Positions 1-9,449 of a stretch of 64,000 nucleotides of DNA are shown piece by piece. The notes beneath the pieces are model-generated. The model did no database searches, had not been told where the DNA came from, and saw only the letters and a list, made by a program, of their open reading frames with translations. A program made the position numbers and the translations under genes. The stretch covers positions 29,011 to 93,010 of the forward strand of contig JAVJWO010000211.1 in assembly GCA_040222015.1 (NCBI GenBank), written 5' to 3'. How positions within the stretch are numbered: the first letter of the stretch is position 1; the number at the start of each line of letters is the position of its first letter. Source of the DNA: Coleofasciculus chthonoplastes F2-STO-03 (GTDB lineage: Bacteria > Cyanobacteriota > Cyanobacteriia > Cyanobacteriales > Coleofasciculaceae).

Positions 1-102
1 ATGGATTAAGTGTAAACCAATAAAGAGTTGAGTTTGACCCGAAGGTAAAGTACCGACGGTGTGGGAGTCCCAAACTTTATCGAATAGTGTTTTCTCGCTC
101 AT
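1..102 (-). CDS. leuC: 3-isopropylmalate dehydratase large subunit, 5' end (runs off window)
   Basis: Minus-strand translation from ATG at 102: [34 protein letters not shown], the characteristic LeuC N-terminus. Confidence 0.9.
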   Translation of the reverse strand, partial: MSEKTLFDKVWDSHTVGTLPSGQTQLFIGLHLIH

Positions 103-276
103 CTGCAAAAGGTCGTTATAGGATTTAAGGATAATCACCAGTCAGCTATAGGATAGATGCTGGAGCTTTCTATTTTATCTAATTGTGGGGGGAGAGGGGG
201 AGCAATAAGACCCACGCCATAATTTTTAATTGGGCGTTGGGATACACTGGACTCCCCCAACATCAATGTGGTAAAT

Positions 277-561
277 TGACATCATCCTTCGATACATCTG
301 CTCACAAAGCTAGTTGAAATTGCTGCACCGTGAGTTGATTCTCGAATTCGATAATCAACAACCAAGGCAAATCAAACTAACCAGTACCGCCGGGCTAGCG
401 GGAATGGAAACTGCCTGTGCAGACGGTCTACCGGGGACTGAAATGTACTCGTTTCAGTCTAGGTAAGTGTCGAAATACCGCAAGGGAAAAACTAGGAAAT
501 CCAAGTTGTGAAGCTTGGAAGCCCACACCAGAATCTTGGATTTGGTGTGGGAGGATGTCAC
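277..561 (+). mobile_element. IS200/IS605-family non-autonomous remnant (tnpB 3' tail and right end)
   Basis: Degenerate TnpB-tail-like reading STAGLAGMETACAD at ~382. Subterminal hairpin CCCACACCA...TGGTGTGGG and terminal GGAGGATGTCAC. The left boundary (TTGACATCATCC at 277) is uncertain. Confidence 0.6.
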
Positions 562-956
562 CGCGACTGTAGCATGAATCTGACCATTAAAAGAGCGATC
601 GCATGGTTCCTGGAGGATGTGCGATCGCTCTTAGGTCGAATAGCACTGAAATAAGCATTTTGGGAACACCAAAACCCTTGAGCTACCGTAGGGTGGGCAT
701 TGCCCACCAGCATACCAGTCAGTGCCATTCCTCTTAGGTCAGTCTACGCCCCATCAACGACAGCGTAACGCACCAGTGAGGGTTAAGATAGTGAATTGTG
801 GCTTTGCCGAACAAATTCTACTGACTGACACAGCTAAAATTGTGGGATAAATGTGACCATTGAACGGGCACAACCTGCGCCCCTACGGTTTCTGGATATA
901 ATTGTAATTCATCAAATAAGGTGTGCCACGCCACTACTAACTGACTAAGGTTTGCA

Positions 957-1373
957 ATGCCTGCAAAAGATGCCTTTCATCAGCTCGTTAGAACTGCCCT
1001 TGAGCATGAGGGCTGGACAATCACTCATGACCCCTATCGCATCGATTTAGGATTTGTGAATTTCTATATAGATTTAGGTGCAGAGCGGTTAATTGCGGCA
1101 ACCAAAGATGGCGAAAAAATTGCTGTTGAAATTAAAACGTTCCTGGCAACTTCGACAATCTCAGAATTCCACATCGCCATTGGACAATTTATTAACTATC
1201 GTATTGCTTTGGAGGAAGAAGAGGCTGATAGACGATTATATTTAGCCGTTCCATTAGAGATTTACAAACGGCTTTTCAAGTATCCATTCATTCAAACTGT
1301 GATTCACCGCAACCAAATCCCTTTAATTATTTATGATATCGACAAGGAGGCGATCGCTCAATGGATAAATTAG
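957..1373 (+). CDS. xisH: XisH family protein
   Basis: MPAKDAFHQLVRTALEHEGWTITHDP, IDLGAE, IAVEIKTF and GQFINY motifs; paired with XisI. Confidence 0.93.
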   Translation: MPAKDAFHQLVRTALEHEGWTITHDPYRIDLGFVNFYIDLGAERLIAATKDGEKIAVEIKTFLATSTISEFHIAIGQFINYRIALEEEEADRRLYLAVPLEIYKRLFKYPFIQTVIHRNQIPLIIYDIDKEAIAQWIN

Positions 1374-1699
1374 ATTGGTATCGTCAACTAATTCAGGATT
1401 TGCTGAGGGCAAGGGCGCAGTTGCGTTCTCCCAATGATCCGATCAAAAGTCAAACTGTTTTCGATCGAGAATGCGATCACTATCAGCTTGTCAATTTAGG
1501 CTGGAAAAATAACAACACTCGAATCTACGGCTGTGCTATCCATGTTGATATCATTGATGGCAAAATTTGGGTGCAACATGATGGCACAGAAGACGCGATC
1601 GCCGATCAGTTAGTTGAAAAAGGAGTGCCGAAGCAAGAGATTGTTTTGGCTTATCATGCACCTAATGTACGAAAATATACAGATTTTGCCCCAGGTTAA
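1361..1699 (+). CDS. xisI: XisI family protein
   Basis: MDKLDWYRQLIQ, DHYQL, HVDIIDGKIWVQHDGTE, GVPKQEIVLAYH; overlaps xisH. Confidence 0.93.
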   Translation: MDKLDWYRQLIQDLLRARAQLRSPNDPIKSQTVFDRECDHYQLVNLGWKNNNTRIYGCAIHVDIIDGKIWVQHDGTEDAIADQLVEKGVPKQEIVLAYHAPNVRKYTDFAPG

Positions 1700-1740
1700 C
1701 TAATAAAGTGTAATCGCTGGTGAGATTTCCCTTGTCTCAA

Positions 1741-2097
1741 TTATCCGCGATCGCTATAGTGGTATCGAGCTTGGAGAAAATCAATGCGGTCATCACTAAC
1801 CATATAAACGATGCGATCAGCTTGAGTTAAACGGCGCGACTAGATATTAGCATCCTGATACTTCAATCGTTCAGGTTTTCCTGTTCCTATAAAGGGATGA
1901 CGGTTTATCTGTTCCACTAAAGATAAAAGCCGGAGTGCAATTTTTCTATTTGTCTGTACCCAGTAAGCCAGATCTTCCAGAAATTGGGAGTCGAACACAA
2001 GATCACGTTCTAATCTCTCTTCTTGAGTGGGTTCAGATTGGGGAGGTTCAGACTCTGGATACTCCGGTTGAGACGTTTTACGCTTCTTCTTCGCCAA
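1741..2097 (-). pseudogene. yoeB: Txe/YoeB family toxin with in-frame nonsense codon
   Basis: FLEDLAYW...PFIGTGKPERLKY, then TAG at 1840-1842 where the W of WSRR is expected. The frame continues SRRLTQADRIVYMVSDDRIDFLQARYHY to a stop at 1741. Confidence 0.85.
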
Positions 2098-2105
2098 GTC
2101 CAAAC

Positions 2106-2369
2106 TCAGTCAAGTAAATCGTCTATACTTCGAGGTGGAAAAGTCCGCGCTTTGGCACGTTGTATCGCCGCAAGCAGACGCGCTGCATTCTCTGGTGACT
2201 GAAATAAATAAGCTGTTTCTATGATACGGTTCAGTTCGTTGATAGGAATAATCGCGACACTCTCAGAACCATCACGAGTGACAATGACGGCTTCGCGGCT
2301 GGCAATAGCATCTTCGTAAATTTTGTCAAAATTACTACACGCTTGGGTGTAGGTTATCTGGCTTTGCAT
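2106..2369 (-). CDS. yefM: Phd/YefM family antitoxin
   Basis: ITYTQA...VIVTRDGSESVAII...ETAYLFQSPENAARL; directly upstream of the YoeB-like gene. Confidence 0.85.
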   Translation of the reverse strand: MQSQITYTQACSNFDKIYEDAIASREAVIVTRDGSESVAIIPINELNRIIETAYLFQSPENAARLLAAIQRAKARTFPPRSIDDLLD

Positions 2370-2501
2370 TGTCTTATAGTTGGTTTATTGGTTTAATAGT
2401 ACAGTTAAACTGTCTGTGATGTGATCCTAGCGTGACTTGTGTAACCCAACCACAGGATGAACAAAAGATTTCCAATGTTTTAGACGGCGATGATTTCGAT
2501 T

Positions 2502-2635
2502 GCTTGAGTCCGTGTTTCTCCATTTCCGCCAGCACCTTGCACCCTTCATCGGGGGTACGGCAGAAGGAAACCATGGGGATCACATTAGTTAAACCCATTT
2601 CATCCCGAACTCGCTTGATGGCTTGACATTCTAAG
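2502..2635 (-). pseudogene. Diverged ~134-bp internal fragment of ppsA
   Basis: Aligns without gaps to 3245-3378 inside ppsA, with scattered, largely third-position substitutions. Confidence 0.85.
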
Positions 2636-2858
2636 ATAATTTATGTTAGGTAATCTATACTAAGTAATAATTTGTCGAGTATAGCATACAAATACAAAAA
2701 ACAATTAAATATCCTGCCAAGCTTTAAAAACAATTAATTTACTCAAGGAGATATACAACTAATGAAATTAAAGAACGATCGCACCTCCCACCGGAAATGC
2801 GATCGCTCTTTCTCAAGTCTACGCCCCATCAGGGACGCAGACGCTAAACACTCAAGAC

Positions 2859-5360
2859 TTAGCCTTGTTGCGCTTCAACTTCAGCCACCATCAACAGTGT
2901 CTTCATCACAGAGTCAGGGTTCAAACTCATCGAGTCAATACCCAACTCAACCAAGAACTTGGCAAACTCAGGATAGTCACTGGGCGCTTGACCGCAGATA
3001 CCAATCTTACGACCATTCTTCTTCGCCTTCTCAATCACCATCCGTACCATTTCCTTAACCCCGTCGTTGCGCTCATCAAAGATGTGAGCCACCAAGGCAG
3101 AGTCACGGTCTAAACCTAAGGTTAACTGAGTTAGGTCATTGGAACCAATGGAGAACCCATCAAACACTTCACTGAACTGATCCGCCAAGATCACGTTGCT
3201 GGGAATCTCGCACATTACATAGACTTGCAGTCCATTTTCGCCCCGCTTCAAGCCGTGTTTCTCCATTTCCGCCAGCACTTTGCGCCCTTCATCAGGAGTA
3301 CGGCAGAAGGGAACCATGGGGATTACGTTAGTTAAACCCATGTCATCCCGAACTCGCTTGATGGCTTGGCATTCTAAGCCATAAGCTTCGGCATAGTTTT
3401 CATCGTAGTAACGAGACGCACCACGCCAGCCAATCATCGGGTTTTCTTCCTTCGGCTCAAACTGCTGACCGCCGAGGAGGTTGGCATATTCATTACTCTT
3501 GAAGTCGGACATCCGTAACACAACTGGTTTGGGATAGAATGCCGCCGCAATCATCGCCACACCCCGCGCCAACTTGTCTACGAAGAAGTCAGCCTTGCGT
3601 TCGTAGAGGTAGGTCATTTTGTAGATTTCCCGCTTGACGGTGGCATCTTCGAGCTTATCGAAGTTCAGCAGTGCCAAGGGGTGCACCTTAATATGATTAG
3701 CGATAATGAACTCTAAGCGGGCTAATCCCACGCCATCGCAGGGGATCGCCGCCAAACCAAAGGCTTCTTCTGGGTTCCCCACGTTCATCAAAATCTTGGT
3801 GCGGGTTGTGGGTAGGTTTTCCAGTTGGGTTTCTTGGACTTCAAAGGGTACAAGCCCTTCGTAAACCCGTCCTTCTTCCCCTTCGGAACAGGAAACGGTG
3901 ACCTCTTGTCCACTCTTCAGCACACCTGTGGCATCACCACAACCGACAATCGCTGGGATGCCCATCTCACGAGCAATAATTGCCGCGTGGCAGGTCCGTC
4001 CACCTTGGTTGGTGACAATGGCTGATGCCCGCTTCATGATTGGTTCCCAGTCGGGGTCAGTCTTGTTGGTAACTAAGACTTCACCGGGTTCAAACTCATC
4101 AATCTTGTGGACATCCAGAATCACTTTGGCTTTGCCCTGACCAATCATTTCGCCAACGGCGCGACCGGTAACAGCCACCTCGGAGGTTCCTTTAAGCTGA
4201 TAGCTCTTAAGGACGCTCTTTGACTTCTGGGATTGGACGGTTTCTGGACGAGCTTGGACGATGTACAAATCACCCGTTTCACCGTCTTTCGCCCACTCAA
4301 TGTCCATAGGGGTGTAGACACCCCGGACTTCGGAGTAGTGGTCTTCAATAATACAACCCCAGCGAGCGAGTTGGAGAATTTCTTCGTCGTTGATGGCGTA
4401 TTTGACTTGCTCAGGCTCTGACACGGATACGTTCTTGGTCAGTTTCGAACCACCGATGTCATAGATCATCTTGATTTCTTTGCTGCCCAAGCGCTTTTCG
4501 AGAATTGGGCGATACCCGTCCTTGAGCGTCGGTTTGAATACAAAGTATTCGTCGGGGTTGACAGCACCTTGGACAACGTTTTCGCCTAAACCATACGCAG
4601 CGGTAACTAGGGCGGCATTCTTGAAGCCTGTTTCTGTGTCAATGGAGAACATGACACCGGAAGAGGCTAAGTCAGAGCGCACCATTTTCTGCACCCCAAC
4701 TGACAGGGCGACTTCAAAGTGATCAAACCCTTTGAGGGTGCGATAGGAGATGGCGCGGTCAGTGAAGATGGAGGCAAAGCAACGATGGCAAGCGTCTAAA
4801 ACGTCCATGACACCGTAGACGTTCAGGTAAGTTTCTTGCTGACCTGCAAAGCTGGCATCAGGTAAGTCTTCAGCCGTAGCGGATGAACGGACGGCTACGT
4901 CAACAGCTTGGCTTTTCTCCTTGCACTCTTCTTGGTATTCCGGCTCAAACCGATCGCAAAATTCAGTGGTGACGCCATACCGTTCGCACAGCTTCAGGTA
5001 AGATTCTGCGATCGCGGTTCGCAGATCTTCCGGGAATGGTGTGTTGAGAATCAAAGACCGCGCTTGCTTACCCCGGACTCGCAAGTTGTTCATATCCTCG
5101 ACATCGAGGTCAGAAAACAGTTCGCGTAGCCTTTCTTCTAAACCTGCTTCCTTAACGAAGTAACGGTATGCATAAGCCGTCGTGGCAAATCCGGTGGGAA
5201 CTCTGACGCCCTTAGCGGTCAGTTGTCGGATCATTTCACCCAGGGAGGCGTTTTTACCACCCACCAAGGGAACATCGACAATTCCTACCTCTTCAAACCA
5301 CAGAATGAGAGCTTGTTCTTTGGACGATTGAGATTTTGTTGTTTCAGTAGCTGCAACCAT
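2859..5360 (-). CDS. ppsA: Phosphoenolpyruvate synthase
   Basis: VGGKNASLGEM, VAVRSSATAEDLPDASFAGQQETY, GGRTCHAAIIARE (phospho-His), FSIGSNDLTQ, GICGQAPSDYP. Confidence 0.97.
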   Translation of the reverse strand: MVAATETTKSQSSKEQALILWFEEVGIVDVPLVGGKNASLGEMIRQLTAKGVRVPTGFATTAYAYRYFVKEAGLEERLRELFSDLDVEDMNNLRVRGKQARSLILNTPFPEDLRTAIAESYLKLCERYGVTTEFCDRFEPEYQEECKEKSQAVDVAVRSSATAEDLPDASFAGQQETYLNVYGVMDVLDACHRCFASIFTDRAISYRTLKGFDHFEVALSVGVQKMVRSDLASSGVMFSIDTETGFKNAALVTAAYGLGENVVQGAVNPDEYFVFKPTLKDGYRPILEKRLGSKEIKMIYDIGGSKLTKNVSVSEPEQVKYAINDEEILQLARWGCIIEDHYSEVRGVYTPMDIEWAKDGETGDLYIVQARPETVQSQKSKSVLKSYQLKGTSEVAVTGRAVGEMIGQGKAKVILDVHKIDEFEPGEVLVTNKTDPDWEPIMKRASAIVTNQGGRTCHAAIIAREMGIPAIVGCGDATGVLKSGQEVTVSCSEGEEGRVYEGLVPFEVQETQLENLPTTRTKILMNVGNPEEAFGLAAIPCDGVGLARLEFIIANHIKVHPLALLNFDKLEDATVKREIYKMTYLYERKADFFVDKLARGVAMIAAAFYPKPVVLRMSDFKSNEYANLLGGQQFEPKEENPMIGWRGASRYYDENYAEAYGLECQAIKRVRDDMGLTNVIPMVPFCRTPDEGRKVLAEMEKHGLKRGENGLQVYVMCEIPSNVILADQFSEVFDGFSIGSNDLTQLTLGLDRDSALVAHIFDERNDGVKEMVRMVIEKAKKNGRKIGICGQAPSDYPEFAKFLVELGIDSMSLNPDSVMKTLLMVAEVEAQQG

Positions 5361-5694
5361 TAAGCATTTCCTCCTACTTTTGGTTTTGGTTTCAGTGTTT
5401 TAGTTTACCGATACTCAGCCGAAAAAATTCCTTTAGGTAATATTTTCTTTAGAATTCGGCTGTTTTTTATAGAACCATACCTCACAATTAAATTCGTAGC
5501 GATTTACACATTTATTTATTTTTTGGCAACTCTTGCTACAATTATAGTCATCGCCAATCTACCACTCTACTCAAGTTTAGAGTTAAAGCCATCCGATCTA
5601 CTATCATTTCCCATCCTTATAGTTGGGATAAATTTAATTGATGTTTATCAATCCTTTGGGTTTTGACTTAAGGCGTTGAATTCGGGAATAAATA

Positions 5695-5739
5695 GCTCAA
5701 TCCACACTTGCTCAATCCACACTTGCTCAATCCATACTT
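5695..5739. repeat. 15-bp tandem repeat x3 (GCTCAATCCACACTT)
   Basis: Seen directly in sequence. Confidence 0.8.
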
Positions 5740-6147
5740 TGTCGCGCTTGGGCGGGTTTGTAGCCTTGCAAACTTCTTCTGGCGTTCTCCTTGAATAATT
5801 ACTTACTTATTAGGAGAGCGAGTAATTCGGTCACAGTCCTTTATTTCAGAACAGTTCTACCATAGCAGACTATTGAGAAATAGACAAGCCGTAATCCCTA
5901 ATTTAAATCAGCACTAAAGCCACCCAACCCTAGGGATATTAACAACCTAGATATTGTTTATTAGGGGCTAACCCAAATGATAGCTCTGTTGGTTATACAT
6001 TTTTCCTTTAGTTGTATTCCATTTTTAAATGATCCCCAGATAGAAGTATCAAATATTGTCTATCTATCCGTAATATCTTTGTGTTTATCGAAACAAAGTC
6101 ACTATAATTAAACTAGGTAATTTATCGGCTTAGTCAAGAGCGTGTCT

Positions 6148-6182
6148 GTCTAAATTTTAGTCTAAATTTTAGTCTAAATTTT
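6148..6182. repeat. 12-bp tandem repeat x3 (GTCTAAATTTTA)
   Basis: Seen directly in sequence. Confidence 0.8.
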
Positions 6183-6345
6183 CCTGGCTCCCCTGCACCA
6201 AGACGTGGCTCTCAGACTGATTTACAAAGGGATATTGACCTCCGACTGATTATTGCCTTGCTAGACATGATAGCGCAATCCCAGATTCTGACAAGATCTA
6301 AATTTGGATTGTAAACTTATGTAAAACGAACACACTGTATCGATC

Positions 6346-6900
6346 ATGATTTCTCGTCGCACGCTTGTGAGCATTCTCCTGGCAAGTTGTCTGGCTTGCT
6401 TGACTTGGTTAAACGTCACTCCCGCCGCCTCTGCTCTCGGCGGTAAACAACCGCCATTAAATGAGCCTGCACCAGAGTTTACGCTACCGACCAATAGTGG
6501 GGATGGGGAGGTATCACTCTCTGATTATCGGGGGAAATGGGTAGTTTTGTACTTTTATCCCAAGGATTTCACCTCAGGTTGCACCTTAGAGGCTCGTCGC
6601 TTTCAGCAAGATTTGCCCGAATATATAGAGAGAAATGCCCAAATTGTGGGGGTGAGTGCGGATGATGTGGACTCCCATGCCGATTTTTGTGACTCAGAGG
6701 GGTTGAAATTCCCCCTTTTAGCAGATACAGATGGGTCAGTGAGTCAGGCGTATGGGTCTTGGATGGGGTTTGTCTCCCTACGCCACACCTATATCATTGA
6801 TCCCGATGGTATCTTGCGGGAGATATTTCTCGGTGTTCGACCAGCGATTCACAGTACAGAGGTACTGGCACATTTAGATGAGTTGCGATCGGTGACCTAA
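6346..6900 (+). CDS. Peroxiredoxin (BCP/PrxQ family) with N-terminal RR signal peptide
   Basis: VVLYFYPKDFTSGCTLEA peroxidatic motif, LKFPLLAD, TYIIDPDG. Confidence 0.92.
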   Translation: MISRRTLVSILLASCLACLTWLNVTPAASALGGKQPPLNEPAPEFTLPTNSGDGEVSLSDYRGKWVVLYFYPKDFTSGCTLEARRFQQDLPEYIERNAQIVGVSADDVDSHADFCDSEGLKFPLLADTDGSVSQAYGSWMGFVSLRHTYIIDPDGILREIFLGVRPAIHSTEVLAHLDELRSVT

Positions 6901-7045
6901 ATCCCATCTATTACCCCACAAGGAACTTGTAGGGGCGACCCACTGGTATCAATTCATACCAAATCCGCCTTTATTAACCCCTTTTGAGGAGGCGATTGAA
7001 ATCGCTGCTACACAAACCAAGTCCGCCTGCGCGGACTTGGTTATA

Positions 7046-8093
7046 ATGCCCTTTGCAGAAGGAAAATGGCAAATGAGAATGAGTCTCAAAGCCCTTGATC
7101 CCCAGGATTGGATTGAAATTGACGTCATAGATGCAGGAGTTGTGGGACAGTCTTAGACCGCGACCACAACGCGGCAAAAAACATCTTGGCAAAAGGCTTT
7201 AAGCTGTTAGCTGAATATTTAAACGGTACGGTAGGGCATACCGAATCCGGAGCCAAAAACTCGAAAGCGCAGGGAGAAACTGACCTCTGGCTCAAGAACG
7301 GAGACGCTCTTGCTCTAAGTCGGCTCGAAGAACTGCGAACCAAGAATTCTTGGGAATCCCCCGCTATATTGCGTTAGCAATTAGCGGCGGGAGCATGTCA
7401 ATGCTGGATCATCTGTTGAAACACTTCCCCCAGCATTATCGACGCCACAGTCAAACGATTGACGCGATCGCAACCCATCAAGTTTGGCATATCCCGGACT
7501 TCGAGTCAGCACCTCTGGATTTAGCTGGGCGTTTGGTACAGGAGGACTTATTATTAATGGAGCGATCGCGTCAAGGGTATCGTTTAGTCGCCGCTTCTCT
7601 CTGTTTTCCCTTGCGTTGGCGACTGCGAGAAAAGTTGGGGTGTCCCCTGACTCAAATCCACGCCCCGGTTCCCGGATATTCCGAAAAACTGGCGCATCCT
7701 GTGGATAGTGTGTTCAATCGCCTCAAATCTAGTCATCCCGTTTGGCGATTAAATTGGAGTATTGTCGAGTCTCCCGAACTATTCTTTCCTCCAGACAAAG
7801 CAAAACCCGGTTGGGAGACAACGATAAATTGCCAAAACGCTGGGGATAAGCTGTTTTTGAGAGTGGAACGTCAGACATTAAGACGGTTAGCAACCAGTGG
7901 TGACATCCTGTTTACCGTGCGTACCTACGTGCATCCTTTGCGAGTGCTTGAAGATAATCCCCAGATGGCTCATAATTTAATGGAAACTATCCAGCAAATG
8001 CCCCTTGAGATGCAGAATTATAAAAACTTACTGCCAATTCAGGAAGTGCTTTTGGGGTATCTTGAGTATATAGCTAGTTTCAAGCATTTGTAA
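7046..8093 (+). pseudogene. DUF3445 (heme-dependent oxidative N-demethylase alpha-like) gene interrupted by an IS605 remnant
   Basis: 5' part MPFAEGKWQMRMSLKALDPQDWIEID (7046-7123). 3' part LVQEDLLLM...LCFPLRW...IHAPVPGY...RLNWSI...LRVERQTLRRL (7401-8093). Confidence 0.8.
7124..7401 (+). mobile_element. tnpB: tnpB 3' fragment plus IS200/IS605 right end
   Basis: Translation from 7126: HRCRSCGTVLDRDHNAAKNILAKG...GTVGHTES (Zn-ribbon CxxC and RuvC-III DRDxNAAxNI). Ends in a hairpin and GGAGCATGTCAA. Confidence 0.88.
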
Positions 8094-8262
8094 AATGGCA
8101 GCCTGGGTTAGACAAGTTTCCCAAATATTTTTACGTTCACACACAATTTATTGAAAACAGCCAAATTACTAAATAATTCAACGTTCAAAAACTAAAAATA
8201 AATAATTCTTGATCTAGTAAATTAGTTTAATGTTTCATTGTTGTAAAAATTAATATATCAGT

Positions 8263-9429
8263 ATGGCGAAAAAAAATAACACTTTTAAAAGCAGTACCAC
8301 AAATAATTCAACTCCTCTAGTATCACTTTATTGGGATTGCCAAAATGTTAAAGTCAGCCGAGAAAGAGCCGAGTTTTTGCAAGTCTTTGCCAACGAAAAA
8401 GGTGATGTAATTTGTCAAAAAGCATATTCCAATTGGCAGCGAGAAAATAAAAAATATGCCAAATTTTTAAGTGGTATTGGTTTTCAAAGAATTAACGTTC
8501 CCTCCTTTGCCAGGAACAGCGTAGACAACCAACTAATAGTTGATTGTATTGAAGAAGCCTATAGTAATGCCTCCGCTGATATTTTCATTATCGCATCAGG
8601 AGATGGTGACTTTACCAGTCTAGGTCATGTCTTAAAAAATAAAGGGAAGAAGGTCATAATTTTTGCTCAACAAGGTGGGGTGAGTCAGAGTCTAATTGAT
8701 ATTGCTGATGAATCCCACATCATAGAAAGATTAGATGAAATATCAAAACTTCCTTCCTTCCGCGACCCTTCTCTTCTCAAGCGTGCCCTCACCCACTGTT
8801 CATACATTAACGAAAACCCTAGTGCAGGTGAAGACAACGAACGTTTAGAGTTTCTCGGTGATGCTGTACTAAATTTTATTAGTGGTGCGTTTCTCTATAA
8901 TTATGATCCAGCGATGAAGATGAGCGAATCTCAACTTACACGTCTGCGAGCTAAATTAGTTGAAGGACAACAGTTAGCAATATTTGCAAAAGAACTAGAT
9001 TTAGCTAAAAAAATGAGGTTAGGTAATGGTGCTATAAAAGAAGGAGGACGCAGAAATTCGTCGTTGCTCAGTGATACGTTTGAAGCCGTTGTTGGTGCTT
9101 ACTTTCTCGATTCAGGTATTGAGGCAGTTATCACTTTTATTGAACCTTTGTTGAGTTCTGCAATTAGAGACCTCTGTTCCACTGAAACAACTCTAGATAA
9201 TAGTATTCTCGTGGACTCCAAAGGTCGATTTCAGCAATGGGCGCTAGCCAATTTTGTCGAAAAGCCGGAATATTTTGTTATTGATGAATCCGGACTTGAT
9301 CATGCCAAGGAATTCACGGCTGAAGTGCGCGTAAAAGGCACAGTCTACGGTGTCGGAACTGGACGCCGTAAACAAGATGCTGAAAAACGTGCGGCTGAAG
9401 CAGCGCTTAAAAAAGTTGGAGTTGAATAA
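8263..9429 (+). CDS. rnc: NYN (LabA/DUF88, PIN-fold) domain fused to RNase III and dsRBD
   Basis: N-terminal YWDCQNV, NSVDNQLI, IASGDGDF. C-terminal NERLEFLGDAVL, SDTFEAVVGA and dsRBD GLDHAKEF...GTGRRKQDAEKRAA. Confidence 0.9.
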   Translation: MAKKNNTFKSSTTNNSTPLVSLYWDCQNVKVSRERAEFLQVFANEKGDVICQKAYSNWQRENKKYAKFLSGIGFQRINVPSFARNSVDNQLIVDCIEEAYSNASADIFIIASGDGDFTSLGHVLKNKGKKVIIFAQQGGVSQSLIDIADESHIIERLDEISKLPSFRDPSLLKRALTHCSYINENPSAGEDNERLEFLGDAVLNFISGAFLYNYDPAMKMSESQLTRLRAKLVEGQQLAIFAKELDLAKKMRLGNGAIKEGGRRNSSLLSDTFEAVVGAYFLDSGIEAVITFIEPLLSSAIRDLCSTETTLDNSILVDSKGRFQQWALANFVEKPEYFVIDESGLDHAKEFTAEVRVKGTVYGVGTGRRKQDAEKRAAEAALKKVGVE

Positions 9430-9449
9430 ACGTACTGGTTTTGTTGTCC

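Noticed and set aside
957..1699. Heterocyst fdxN excision element
   Set aside because: No xisF recombinase or interrupted nif gene is nearby, and XisH/XisI pairs are commonly stand-alone.
2374..2598. 74-aa ORF as an independent gene
   Set aside because: It is a ppsA shard running on into unrelated sequence.
7124..7401. IStron or self-splicing intron in the DUF3445 gene
   Set aside because: No group I core is recognisable and excision would not restore the reading frame.
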